Origin: Paragordius varius
Taxonomy: Eukaryota; Animalia; Nematomorpha
Length of the DNA stretch: 64,000 nucleotides
NCBI GenBank assembly: GCA_964247055.1
Contig: OZ176053.1
Span: 12,338,001-12,402,000 of the forward strand
Direction of reading: 5' to 3'
The translations under genes were made by a program, and so were the position numbers. Positions 39,177 to 52,908 of the stretch are shown here, piece by piece. Each line of letters opens with the position of its first letter. Positions within the stretch are counted from its first letter, which is position 1. The notes under the pieces were generated by a model. The model saw only the letters and a program-made list of their open reading frames with translations. It made no database searches and was not told the DNA's origin.

Positions 39177-39471
39177 TGCGGAAAAAATATACTTTCCTGA
39201 AATTAATCATGATTTCAAATATAATAAAAATAAATTTTGATTGAACTCAATATCTTTCAAATATTTTTTGATATGCATACTTGTAAGTTAACCGTTTTTG
39301 TCACTTATATAACATAATAATAATTAAATGATAAGTGTGTAGCTATAAAATACAAAGTATATACAACATGTACACTATATATCATGCATAATAAAACTGA
39401 AATATTAAATGGCACAATTATTCAACATATATTTATACAGTAATGTAATGTTTCAAAAGTGTGTGTATTGA

Positions 39472-42400
39472 TTAGAGTATAGGGTCCTGGGTCCAACCCA
39501 CTAATTTTCGCTCAAACAATAACTCATTGATTGATTTGTATTGTAAATAATCTCCCACCTAAAATAAAGACAAAAAAAGATTAAATTAGGTATTTAAGTT
39601 TGCGATTCCATGATAAAAAGCATTTTAAAGAGATACGGACTAAATGTGAAAAACAAATAAAAATTTTGTTTTCAAAAAGAAAACCACCAAAAATTCAAAA
39701 TTTTAGTTTTTTATATAATTTATTTTGCCAAATATGGAATAAGGATGGATATTAATTATTTTACATTTTGTGAACATAAAAGTTATATTAAATATCAAGG
39801 TTTGGAAAAGTAAGGCTGTTTTTACAAATATTATTCTTCTAGTTTTTGAGCTTTGTCTGCATAAAGTTAATTTTTACTCCATATATAATTATTTAGGGTG
39901 AAAATAACTTAAATATAATTACATCATTTGCCGTTACATTCTGTTCAGAGGGTTCATTTTCTTTTAATATATTTTCAGGATTATTATTGTTGGTGTTGTT
40001 TCTATATAAAGTTATAAATGGTATATTAGTTTCATCATTAGTTATTGTTCCCATTGTCGGAAACATAGAGGGGGAGGGGGTGGAGGTATATGAATCAATA
40101 TGAGCAATAAATTCTGGACTTTCTTCATTTTCTGTTGGATGTTCTTGACCTGTTTTAATTGTATCCTTATTCTGTTGATTATGTAATGATGGTGACAAAG
40201 GCGCCGCCAAATACTTTGGAGGGAATTGAGATTTAACCAAACCCCTTAAAACTTTACAGGATTCGAGAGAGAAGACAGACTCCCCTTCACACGGTATCAG
40301 GTTAGACATGAAACATTCATTAGCGTATGCTGAAATATTCAGGAAATTTTGAACCAAAGGTTGGAAACTATCAAGAGTACATTGGGTAAACACGCCAAAA
40401 TCAATCAGTTTAATATAGGCCGTAAATATGAGAGGAGTTGTCCCATTTTGTGACAATATGTCTGCCGCCGTTTCATTGAAATTTTCGGGTGTTGTTTCAA
40501 ACGGGATATGCTGATAAATTTGGAGAATTTCGGCACGGTACCAAGAACCCATAATGTTTGCTGAACAAAACATCCCAACTATATAAAATAAAAATGAAAC
40601 ACATAATTAAATAAACCACAAACTAATAGAATTATTATGGGGTTTGTTAAACGAAATCGAAACAGCCATTGAGTAATAAAAATGTTGCTTACTTTGCAAA
40701 TATTTCCATTCCCTATCTTCAGCACCACTGAAAGTGCACAGATAAACGTTATGAAATTTATAAAAATCTAATCTAAAGCAACCCTTAAGCTTATTTAATC
40801 ACAGCAAACTAGCAATGTAATAAGCTTCAATAAACATAATCTAATTTTTGTCTAAAATATACACGTTAGTATACTTGCAATAAAAAAAAAGACAATAAAT
40901 TCCTTAAGGAAACAAAATAATCGCAATATATAAGGTCCACATAATCATAAGAAATGTTCTATGTCAGTGAAGGTTTAAACTCGACTATATTATTTATATA
41001 CATTAATACACAATTCTTCTAAATATGCGGATTAAAAGTGGTATATCCTAATATTAAACCAGATAAATTTAGGCAAAAATTAAAATAATTAATATAATGC
41101 GCGACCTAAAAATGTTACTAGTGTTTATTTATTTAAAAATATTCAACACAATTTAATTAATTTATATGTATGGCACAAAACTTGTGGACTATATGAAGTA
41201 GGTTAAATAACATTCATGATGACATATCTAAACCAGTCTATGGCCGTAATAATTAATTTTATTATATGATATATGATAATACAATTTTAATTACCTTAAA
41301 AAGCGTCTTTAGTGTATGTAAAAAGTTTACATTTTTATGCAAAGAATAAAGTTAATAATTAGCTAGAAAATTAATAGAAATAAATATTTTATTCATTTTA
41401 GAGAATCTAATCTAATATTAATAATAAAAGATGTTATATATTTTTTGCCTGGTAATAATTTACTTGCAAAAATTTGTGCAAATTTTTAGTAACTTTTTTG
41501 GACTTTTCCCAGGACTTAAAATCTATGGATAGAACTTAATAGTCAAGTCTATAAAAAACATACAGCTTAGTAATTAATATTATAAAAATTTGATATCAAT
41601 ATCTCAAAATCTATTAATTTGATAGTTTAGAACAAGGGTGCCCAATACGCGGCCCGCAAAAAATTTGAAATTTGCAAAATTTTACTCTCAAAAGATTTTT
41701 CTAATAAGTCAACCCAATTTGCAAAAATTAAATAAATTGTATTGTGTTGGTGTTCATTTGCGGCTGGCGAAGATATTCGTTTTGGACAACCTTAAAAATC
41801 CAATTTTTTTGACAGCTAATGAAGTTTTTTATCATTTTACATTTTGGCAATTATAATTACTCACGTAATTTATGAAAGACTCCCTGGAATCGATAACTAA
41901 ATTAAAAAGTAATCAAGCATGTGTTAAAATTTTTTACCAGATGGCGAAAAGGGTACCAATTCGATGGAATCGTAAAAGGCATTCAAAGAATCGTGCAAGA
42001 TTCGTAATTCCGTGAGGGCAGCGAGTTGATGAACAAAAATATGACCAGTAGATTTTATCCAGCTCACGTGGATTAACGAATCAGACGGAAAGAAAATTGA
42101 TTTTTTGCAAGATATGGTTAAATTCAAATCCATAGGCATCATAGGACTGACCAAAACATTCGATAAATCGATTGTAGGATAGTCAGGGATGGGAAATAAT
42201 TCACGTATACTGTTTATTAAGACTTCTAATCCTGCATAATCGCCTATAAATAGTTATGCATTAACTCAATTAATGTACCTTCAAGGAAAACAATGTTACA
42301 ATCTTTTTTAAAATTGTGCGGAGCGACAAAAACACTCCCATGTCCAACTAGCCTATTTAATCGTTTAATGTTGCGACCACCCTTTCCAATCAGCTTTCCA

Positions 42401-42624
42401 ACAAACCTACTTTCAATTTCAAACGCGTAGGTAAAGGTTGTAGAAAAGTTGAGGGCGGCATCCTCATCATGTATTAACTAAACATAAAAAATAATTCAAA
42501 CCTCATTCGACCGTGAAGATAAAGTGCCATCAGATATCAATTCCGAACTATCATTGTATGATTCAGTCAATGACAAAGGCATCAATTGAGATGCCAAAAT
42601 TGTATCGCCCATATAAAGTTCCAT
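39472..42624 (-). CDS. KH + Tudor domain protein, AKAP1/spoonbill-like, 5 exons, about 456 aa
   Basis: Exons 42502-42624, 42279-42477, 41938-42243, 39923-40578, 39472-39558; introns 24, 35, 1359 and 364 nt. KH motif FEIESRFVGKLIGKGGRNIK, GHIFVHQ, Tudor core VGMFCSANIMGSWYRAEIL...KLIDFG and C-terminal SINELLFERKLVGW match the AKAP1 architecture. Confidence 0.8.
41633..41794. mobile_element. Degenerate hAT-type MITE in AKAP1-like intron 3
   Basis: CAAGGGTGCCCAATACGCGGCCCGC start and GCGGCTGGCG...TTGGACAACCTT end. No clear TSD. Confidence 0.45.
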
Positions 42625-42962
42625 TTGGGAAAAAACAAATAAATTTAAATATATATGGAACTACGTTTTTACTATTATATTTAAATAATAATTCGATTTA
42701 TAATTTATATAGGGGACAATGATTCTAACCTGTATTTTAAACAATTTTTACTAGATATATAACTTCGGATACAACTGAATTTCCAACTAGCATGTTAATC
42801 ACAGGAAATGTGGTCCTACACGTGTTAATAAACGATGAACATAAAAATGTTATCACATGCGAATTTATTTTACCTCAATGGAATGGATTAGCGCAAAAGC
42901 TGAATAAACAATTACGAAAATGTTTATTTTAACAGTATATTATTATTGATATCCAATAATTT

Positions 42963-43646
42963 ATGGATAATTCCAAACAACCTTTTAATATTAATGTGTT
43001 GGAAGATAAATTAGTTCAATGCAATCTCAACAAAAACATACATTTGCTGGAATATTTGGAAGCTTATAGTGAGATTAAAAAGTTTTTCCAATTACTTGGC
43101 AGGTTGTTTGTCTTCATACAACAAGACATCCAAAATAAAATAATTTTACTTTTTAACTTCGCTACGGATGATCCTATTCATTACGAAACAATTTTATCCA
43201 TGGTCAATTATGAAATTCTCAGTGCTAATCTTTCCCACAAAGAGTTAGCAAAAAACGATGTAGCCATTGGAAGCAAGATTTTTCTGCGACTCCATAGAGC
43301 CTTTAATTTTTTCATTGATTTCTTGGATGGGATTGTCAAATATGAAAATCCGGAAAGTGATTTTAAATTATCACCTATTGCTCAAATTTCTTATAATGCA
43401 ACACTGTCCTCATATCATCCTTGGGTGGTTAGAAAAGCGGTTAATTTAGCGGTGTGTGCTCTACCGACCAAAAATCAACTTATGGGTGAAATTTTTCTCG
43501 CCAGAAATGCAAATGATGAGGCAAATGACCCGAAAGAATTGTTAGATTATGCTCGAAATAAATTAAAATCGATTATAAAGGAAGCCCGAGAAATTTACTC
43601 CAAAAATCAGGCTATTTATCAAAGTCATAATTTATTAAATATTTAA
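42963..43646 (+). CDS. GLTP: Glycolipid transfer protein family member, intronless, 227 aa
   Basis: Single ORF with YLEAYSEIKKFFQLLGRLFVFIQQDIQNKI, GSKIFLRLHRAFNF and YNATLSSYHPWVVRKAVNLAVCALP, typical of the GLTP fold. Confidence 0.88.
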   Translation: MDNSKQPFNINVLEDKLVQCNLNKNIHLLEYLEAYSEIKKFFQLLGRLFVFIQQDIQNKIILLFNFATDDPIHYETILSMVNYEILSANLSHKELAKNDVAIGSKIFLRLHRAFNFFIDFLDGIVKYENPESDFKLSPIAQISYNATLSSYHPWVVRKAVNLAVCALPTKNQLMGEIFLARNANDEANDPKELLDYARNKLKSIIKEAREIYSKNQAIYQSHNLLNI

Positions 43647-43876
43647 TAATTTGTCTATCTAATAATGCGTCTCTCATATCTAGTCAAATGTAAAAATAAT
43701 ATATGGTATTTATTTTTGTCTATCTATATATAATTTATATTATAAAATTATTTTCTGCATACATTTTGTACAATACATTGCCATGCCCAAACACCTCTTT
43801 TAAAATCACACACAGACAGATTTAGCCAATGATATTATTTTATTAATAAATTAATAAAATAAAAAATATAATGATA

Positions 43877-46800
43877 TCACATGATATTGAGTATATCTTT
43901 GGGAGCGAGGACGTGTTTAAAAACGTTTGAAAGCATTTCATAACGAGATGTTAGAAATTGGTAATCACCAACCATTATGAGTTTATGTTTTGCGCGGGTG
44001 AATGCCACATTTAGTCGTTTAATGTCGCTAAGTATATCGTCGATCCTTCTAACTTTTTTCTTGGGGCTACCGGAAGCATCTAATGCTGCGGCTTGTTTCG
44101 TGAATGAAAAGATTATAACCTCTTTATCCTTGCCTTGGAATTTGTCAATCGTGCTACATTCTATTTGTTCGTGAGATGATGGCAAACATTTGGTGATTGC
44201 TTCAATTTGATCATTATATGGAGCTAAAATAGCTAACTTATTCAGGGGGAATATGTGTGATCCAATACATTGTAATGCATCGACTATAGTATGTATCACA
44301 TAAACTTCAGTTAGGTTTACCGTGTTTTGAAGCACCGATGATTTTGGTGTCACATTTTCCTTTGCCCTTAGTATCTCGGCAATTCCTGAAAGTTTATCCT
44401 GGCTCACCCCATTTTTTGTATCCAAAAAAATGATTGAACGTTCGATTATGGAATCAAAAGCAAGCGATAACCAGCGGGGTGTTTTTAGATTTAACAAAGC
44501 TTCCATTACAGCTGGATCAATAGTTGAATACGCAGAGAGGCTTGTCTCATCACATTTGAGTTGGAAATCGTAGATGAGATGGTTACTAAGTTGCAGGATG
44601 CGTTTATTCATACGATACTGTGTGGTTAATTTACAAATGTTAATGAGGCTAATGGAGTAGTTATCTGTTTTCATATCCCTAGCTGCCACCACCAAATCTA
44701 TCAAATGTTGGAACAAACTTTGATTTCTTAGGTGAGAGGAAGAATGCATAGAATTACTCCTAAATATGGGAGTTAGTTGTGCCGAATCCCCAAACATAAC
44801 TGAAACATGTGCCACATTAAATAACGGTCCTAAGGCTAATGGTTCACTAATTTGAGAAGCTTCATCCATTATGCACACATCATACCTTAATTTTTGGGCC
44901 ACTAAATCGCTAGTAAAAGACAAAAAAAAGATTTAATTTAAACATTAAAAAAAGTTTAGCTATACATTTTTAGAATTTAGCCAAAACAATTAAAAAATTA
45001 CTAAATAATAAAAATATTATATCAAAATGATTAAATTTGAAAAAAGGGAAAGGAAAAACACGCTAAATGGATATTGTAAGAATGAAGTGCAAGTCAAAAT
45101 AAATGATTGGTTTTAAAAATCACTTTCTGAAAAGTAGATAAAATTTTATAATTTACAAAAAAACATCAGTCAAATTTACCACTACAGCACGCCCCTCTAA
45201 TATGCTTTTCTCCATTTCTCTTTCCCCTTGTTCTATTTAATAGCATTTCCCCTTTTTAATATAAAATTATTTTAAATTTTGTCAAGTATTTTTTGTGTTT
45301 ATTGTACTTGCAAAAATTGGCACACGTCGTGCCAAATATAGAGCATGATTGTAGGACATTTATTAAGGCTGTTAATAGATCACTGATGACAACCGCTTCA
45401 GCTTTTTTTGCCGATTGCGCTTTTTTGATTCGGTTCTCTAGCACATATTCGTGTAGTTGGGAATCAATTTTTTGACTATTCGTAGAACCAAATCGAACAA
45501 GAGAATTTTTTATATCATCATCAAGCGCAATTAATCGTTTAAATATGTTATCTATGGCAGAATTTGTGTGAGAAACTATCAGGCAAGACTTCCCAAGTTT
45601 CAGCGCAAACGCATGGATGAGATGTATAATGGTTTCAGTTTTACCAGCTCCGGGGTATCCTTCAACCATCAAAATACCTTGGGACATTTCACAAGCCTGG
45701 CGTATAACGTCCCTTTGTTCACTATTAAGTTCTTTCTCATACAAAGTGTCAAAGTTTAGGGGCGTTGCTCTTTGCTTCTCCAGTTCTGAAGAATTTGTAG
45801 ACTGGCGTGATAATTCGTGGTGTATAACCATATTCCGTAACATAGTGGACTCGAGGGATGGTTTAAATAGCTGCAACACATTCCCAAATCCAGCATAAAG
45901 CAAAGAAGTTGTAATTGAGTATTGGATTTGTGTCGTAGCGGTATTCAAGCGTGGATTAACCTCTTCCCACAGGATTTCAAACCAGTCTTTGAAATATTTT
46001 ACGTCTTTGGGCGTTAAATGTTTCGTATTTTGTAACCACATTTCAAATAATTCATGTGGGATGATATTTTTGTCAGGCGGCGTAGAAAAAAGTTCCTCTA
46101 TATCTTCAATAGGATTTTCATCAAACAAATCGGTATAGGTATTATCTATTACAGTATCCATGTTGTTACTACTTTGTTGTGGCTTATTAATGTGACTCAA
46201 ATGCGTTTGGCGTTCAATTTGGCCCACAAGTGCACACGTAAAAAGTTGAGGACACCATCGACAAACCCTGGCATTATTGATCGGTTCAGGTATGGAAGTT
46301 ATATAATCGCTTCTCCAATCCAGGTGTGATGCAAGCAAATTCCTTCGCTCTAGGAGAGCTCTAATATGATGACTAGAAGCTTTGTCAAAACTATTTTTAA
46401 CGAACCTACAAACGATATCAGGAGGGGTATTGTGTAATTCTTGACTATAATTTTCGGTGCATGATTTTCGATTGGCGTTGAATTCTAAAGGGTAAAAAAC
46501 TGTAATCAGGGATCTGAAGCAATGAAAATATATTTCTTTAAATCCGTTTCCATGTATTTTATTAAAAAAAATAGTTTGTTTGGACAAAACGAAATCCGCT
46601 ACGCAAAGATTTTTTAACAAAAAAGTTTTGGTTTTGATTCCGTGCTTTTTTTATTAAATATGATTCATTTTCTGTTGTTTTTGTTTAAATGGTTTCAATA
46701 AAACAACCCAATTTTAAATAAATTATTAAAAGCTGAAACCTAAATAAAACCTATGAAATATACTTTTACAATGCAAAAAAATATATTAATAAATAAGGTG

Positions 46801-49168
46801 TGTATATATATTAAACAAAAATAATCACAATGTAAATTGATTGAATTTCGTTCTAAAACTGTTTTGAATTGTGTTTCAGGTGTCGCAAATACGGTTTTTA
46901 CGATTTATTTAATATAATTAACTTTAGCTAAAATTTATCATAGATTAATTATTAAACAAAAAAACCTTCCCCATCAAGGTACAAAAGGTATGATGGATAA
47001 TTCATTCGATTGCTTGTGGTAGTTTCATTTTTCTTAACATATTCTCGTAACAGGTGTTGATATAACATGACTTGGCCTTCATGTTCAACGCCATTTGTCA
47101 TTTTCCCCGTTTTGAGTTCCAAAATGATGAGATCTTTATTATCGTCTGAAACAACCAAATCAATTATGCCTTTAAGTCCAAGCGTTTCAGACGATATACT
47201 AATTTCTCGTCCGTAAACTTTTGAGTATTTGAGAAGGGGCATTTTTGTCGAATCTGCTGATGGTGTTTTTTGGAAAGGCAAATTTTTAGCATACGCAGAA
47301 TAATAATGATTTTGTCGCCATTTGATGATTGCAGGGATACGAGCCCTCAATTTGCGTTTAGTTTCAATGAGTGAGCTATCACTATTAAAAGCTTCAAAAA
47401 GGTAATTGACATTTGTAAATTCTTCATCTATAAGACGATTCAATAAAAGCGTTTCTTGTTCGGGTTGCAGACAGGTGTCAATGGTTGAGATCAAATAATT
47501 TTGGAAGACATTATGAAACATTTTCCCGTAAATTAAAGGGTTAACACCATTGAAATTGTCATATAACGTTTCTAAAACATAAAATAAAATAATTGCGAGT
47601 GTTAAATAAATAAAATACTGTTGATGCTACAAAAATTAAACAACATCCAGAAAGTTATTATGATTATAACTTTTATCCTATTCAAGCAAGGTACAAATAG
47701 TTTAAAATTAGAAATCAATCTAAAAATGTATAAACGCAATAGATACTTTCACAAAATAAATTCAAATGGATACAGCGTCAAAAATAATCTAATATAAATA
47801 AAGCTTCCTTAATTTAAAATTATATTTGTTAATTTCAGAAAATAATAGAATTCAAATAAAAATTTACAGTGAAATTAAATTTATACGGACAAAACGTTAA
47901 AATATAAAGACAATTTTTTTCAAGACAACCATATCTTTTAAATCTTGAATTTTTTAATATGAATCATTGTTAAAGATTGTTATAAATCAATTACATTTTC
48001 TTCAATGATAATTAAATAATTTATGAGTTGCTTTATTCTAGCTATAGTACCATTTTTTGTGTATTATTAACGTCATTATATATATTTCAAAGGTTTATTC
48101 TAGGATTCGAAACGAAAAATGGCGTTTAAAGTTTTAATAAAAAACCTTGTATAACTTACTTTATTTTGATTTTAATAGGATTACGACCCTTTAAAAAGTG
48201 TTACGCTTCCGGTATACGTTTTTTGAATAATAGTTTTAAAAATAAAGCGTAATAAATAAAAATTTATGATGTTTTTTTGACAATACTCTAAAAAAGATAT
48301 AATTATATTTTTGATCGTAGACCCGCGTTTTAGTTTAAACAGTAAAGGAAGGTCTCAGGGCTTAGTTTACGATTCCTGCTTAATAATTTTATGGTATACC
48401 ATATTTGTAGTATTATATCATAAGATTATATATTTTAATTATTATTAAAATTAAATTTTACCAGCATTGTTGCTTCCCACTTTGTATCTTTTGACATCCG
48501 AAATAGTTCCATTAGTTGTATTCAAAAAATTTAAGACAGATTTTCTTAAACATAATAGGGAACTGGTTATATTTGTGCATGATATTTTCTTTAAAGGATT
48601 TTCAATGATTGTTACAATTTTTTTGGCAATATGTAATTCAAAAACTAATTTATCTGAGAGTATAACACATTGTGATTTTGGAATTTTGTCAACTGTATTT
48701 TTAGCTTCGTTAATTATATATAGTTGATAATCTTCATTTATATTTTCTTTGATTATTATGGATACTATAATGGTATTATGTTTGATATCATTATCGCTTA
48801 ATATGAAATTATTCGGGATGAAAAGAGCAATATTTTCGCCCGAGTAATGCTTCTCAATATGAAGCTTTTGGATTTTTAAATTCGAGCAATTAAAAATCGG
48901 AACATAAAATATATCCTGGAGTTGAAATAGGTTCTCATTTATATTTTGAATTATGTGTCTGGCCAAAATAAGAGATTCGATTTTAAACCCACTTAATTTT
49001 ACATCTAAAATAATTAAGATAAACAACTTTGGTGAAAGTATCTTGTCAACTTATTTTGCTTAATAATTTTATTGAATTTCGGAATGATAGGATTTTCAAT
49101 TTGGGTATTTTTGAATGGGTAGCCAGAACACATGGTAACTTAAATATTGAGCGTGTATCAGATGGCAT
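43877..49168 (-). CDS. DNA2: DNA replication ATP-dependent helicase/nuclease DNA2, 5 exons, about 1158 aa
   Basis: Exons 49051-49168, 48462-49004, 46966-47571, 45308-46484, 43877-44909. Nuclease motifs GIIDL, ELKTG and QVMLY; Fe-S cysteines (LCLRKSVL, CRWCPQLFTC); Walker A EGYPGAGKT; helicase motifs DEASQ, TIDKFQGKDK and RLNVAFTRAK. The start codon is tentative. Confidence 0.9.
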
Positions 49169-50299
49169 TGTAATACTTTGGTGATTAAACCAAAAAAGGT
49201 GAGAAATAGTATATCAACGAATGCGTCTTATACAAGGTAAAAATAAATATGTGATTAACATTTTAAATAATTGCACAAGGATTTTAAAACAAGACGAAAA
49301 TCCGGAAAAGGTGTGGGTATCGAAATCCAAAAGTATAAATAAAAGTTTTTATGGACCCGAATAGAATCAAACCTGTTTTATTTAGCCTATCAAGCCCCCG
49401 CCGTGTAAAAAGTCCCAAAAATGATACATAACAACTTTATAGAAAACTTTAAGACCTATTCAATTATAAATATAAAAAATTGTGTTACAAATGCCTACTA
49501 TATTTAGCCCCTTTTTTATTATTCCTCTGTTAAGCACTCTTCTTTTAAAACGCTAATTTTAGCACACTGCGTCGCCCATAACAATTAAACTTATTATTTG
49601 TTCAGGTTATTGGATTGTTTAAAAACAATAGTGGTGTGGTTTTTGTTATATTCCGTATAAAAGCAAAAATGGTTATAGATGGCGCTTTACATCATCCGCT
49701 GAATAAGTCGCTGCCAGTCATATAAATGCATCATAAAAACGTGGCTTAGAACTTTCAGAAATCTATTAGACAATACAGGTTTAATGAGTTATTTAAGAGC
49801 GGCTCGTTAGAGCACCACCCCCTTTGTAAAACACGCCATCGAGTTAAAAGGACGTTTCTTGATGGCACGTTTTCTGAAATCCTATAAAACCATATAATTT
49901 ATATTAGATTAAAAGCAAAAAATTAATTATCCGCTGTTTTTATATTGAGCCCCGGCTCTGGTTTCCACCTAATACGCTACCATATAAAAATAATGTTGAT
50001 AAACTTTTACGTGGTAGTTTTCGGCACAGACAAAAAATAATTTTGGTTAACTTCTTATTGAATATTGGGTAGGGCGTTAGCTGCTTTATACTAATGCACT
50101 TTTATATAATAACTTAACTTTGAAGGATTTTTTTAATAAGCTTGTGATATAATCCGTGTAAGGTAAAAAATACAGCCCAGTGCCCGTTTTCAATTAGTAA
50201 GTAGGGCCTCCTATCCTAAAATATGCTTTATTATATAAAAACGTAGATTTACAGAAAACCAAAGGTTCAAACTAAAAACAAAAGACAAGAAACCAAACA

Positions 50300-52425
50300 T
50301 AAATGGAAATTTGTTCGCAAATGTCAAAATATTTCCAGGTGATGATTGCGGGGATCACAACCTCCTAAATGCCAGAATTAAACTAAAAATTAACAATAAA
50401 AACAAAAATATACATAACGACAATAATTATGAATTCCAAAATATCTGAACCCTTTATGTTATTAACAAACATTGCATTACTGGAATCTATAAAGGAATTG
50501 AACACTCATGACTGCTTGAATTACATAAAAACTAAAATTGACACTATTTTACAGAAACATCTAATTAAGAAACCAAAGAAAAAGATTACTTATCTTTCAT
50601 CAGCTGCCCTCGATATTGCCGAAAAAAAGATGTATAGCCAAAAACAATCCCAATCAAAAGAAGCTTTATAACAAATCAAATAAAGAGTTTGCTAACAAAT
50701 TGATATATACGCATATTACGATAATCTTTGCGATGAAATGAAAAATAAAAATAGAAAGGGTATAAACATTTTCACCTCGGTCAATTAAACTATTGCAACA
50801 AAAATATATTTATAAAGGCCCTAAACTTGATTCCAATGGGATAGAAATTACTGAAAAACATAAAATAATTAAGAGGTGGAAACAATATTCCAAAGACTTT
50901 TACAGTGACTCAAACGTCACACATTCTCCCCATTACATCCCCATAGACTAACCACCCATCCTAGAAAGCGAGATCCTCAATGCAATTAGATCCCTATCTC
51001 GCAACAAAGCCTTGGGATATGACGACATCCCTGTAGAAATACTAAATTACATTCTAATAAAAAAAACTTACAATCGTTTATCAAAAAATATTTTAATCCG
51101 GCATCTGGCCAAACAATTGTAAATCTCTACTTATACCGATTCATAAAAAAGGCCATCCTAAAATATATGCAGCAATTACCGAATAATAGCGCTTATATCG
51201 CAAACCTTAAAAATATAATTAAAAATATTGTATTATAGATTATTATCTTAAGTTGAGAATAACATCCCACAAAATCAAGCTGGTTTTCGGCAGACACCAT
51301 ATCTGCAACCTTTGATTTATCATGGAAAAATATATGCACAACAAACCATTTTATCTTTGTTTTATTGATTACACAAAAGGCTTTGACAGGATAATTCACA
51401 ACACACTATGGGAAGCCATGGAAAAAATTGGCACAATATCTGGTCTCATTCAAATAATAAAATTTTTATACAGCAACACTTAGGCATGTATTTAAACAGC
51501 AAACGGTGCCTCTGATTGGTTTTCTGCAAATAGGGGCGCCCGGTAGCATCCTTTCACCACTATTATTCAATATCTACACCGAACATATCTGGTCCAAGTT
51601 AGATACTCAGAATCATATCGGTATAAAACTAGGCGGAAAAATGATTAATAACCTTAAATACACGGACGACGTCCTACTTGCTGACTCACATTACGATTTA
51701 CAACGCCTTCCGGAAAAACTACATCTTGAGAGCCAATTTCATGGCCTCGAAATTGAGTTGACAAAAACCAAAGTCATATTAAATGACACCACATGCTCAA
51801 TCAAAATCGAGCACTGTATATAAACACTCGACAACTATATATATATATTTAGGAGTCGAAATTAATAAAAAAAATAATACAACACCTGAAGTTAAAGGAG
51901 GACTAGCCATAGCCAGGGCTAAAATGAAATCATATCGCAAGATATGGTTTTTACGAAAAATAACCAAAACTTCCAAAATAAAAATTTTTAAAATAATATC
52001 CCCAATTGAAACTTATGGCTGTGAAAGCTGGGTATGCAAAACAAAAAATTATACCAACTTTTGAGCAAACCTGTTAAAGAATACTACTTGGTAGAAAATG
52101 GACGGACAACTCTAATTAATGGATCCGCAATACAATCAACCCTAAGATTACATTACTTTAAATGATAACAAAACGGAGATTAGGTTACTTTGGCCACGTC
52201 ATCCGCAACAAGAATTTGGAGAAAACAATCATGCTGGACCTGGTAGAAGGTAAATGTAAAATAGACATACCCAGAAAAAGATGGTTAAAACAATGAACAG
52301 ATGACAATTACCTTACCCTTCTCCAATCTGATCAATTTATCCTTAGACAGCCGCTCAGAAAATTTGTCAACTAAGTCCAGCAAAAAGTTGAATATTAACT
52401 AGGCTGTCATTCATCATTCATTTAT
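50300..52425 (+). mobile_element. Decayed, 5'-truncated RTE-clade LINE
   Basis: Frameshifted remnants: endonuclease end NVKIFPGDDCGDHNLLNARIKLKI, NKALGYDDIPVE, GSILSPLLFNIYTE, NNLKYTDD, YLGVEI, ETYGCESW, LGYFGHVIRNKNLEKTIMLDLVEGK. 3' tail TCATTCATCATTCATT. Confidence 0.85.
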
Positions 52426-52908
52426 AAATATCAATACTTTACGATCTTTTGAGTAGTTTTGAATATCTTAAAAAGTTTTTAAGGTATTAGGCCGAATTTA
52501 AAAATATGCTTTCTTTAGCGTTTTAGGCGAATAACATCTAATAATTGTAAAAACGCCGCTATTTTTTTTTCATATTTTTTAACACTTTATTACCTTTTTA
52601 CTTTTTTGTCCTAGTTTACCCTTTGGGGTAGTTTTAAATCCCAGAGCTCATTTTTGTTTAAAGTTTTGTAAGTTATTTTAATCAAAATTTAATTATCGAT
52701 TGTACTCATGTATTGATGATAAAGCCTAATTTTTACAGTTTTGATTAGTCTATGGGACAGTCCAAAACTACATTGAAACGAACACCTTATATTAAAATCA
52801 AAATGTATCTATGTTTTGCTCGTAAAATGTAGTCTGAAAGCTTTTTAAAGTTAATTATTTACATTTTTTAACCATAATATACATTTGCCTGTTAAATTAG
52901 CCCTAAAT

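Noticed and set aside
41865-41896. Apparent 32-nt micro-exon (AG...GTGAGT) in the AKAP1-like gene
   Set aside because: Including it shifts the phase (1 to 0) relative to the Tudor exon, whereas direct splicing 41938 to 40578 gives a continuous Tudor domain.
49005-49027. Possible 23-nt intron in DNA2
   Set aside because: The upstream exon would hit a stop in that frame. The 46-nt intron 49005-49050 keeps the frame open from ATG 49168.
49680-49900. GC-richer patch reading roughly KTWLR...NELF-RAAR, like a LINE C-terminus
   Set aside because: It needs frameshifts and is too short to support a call.
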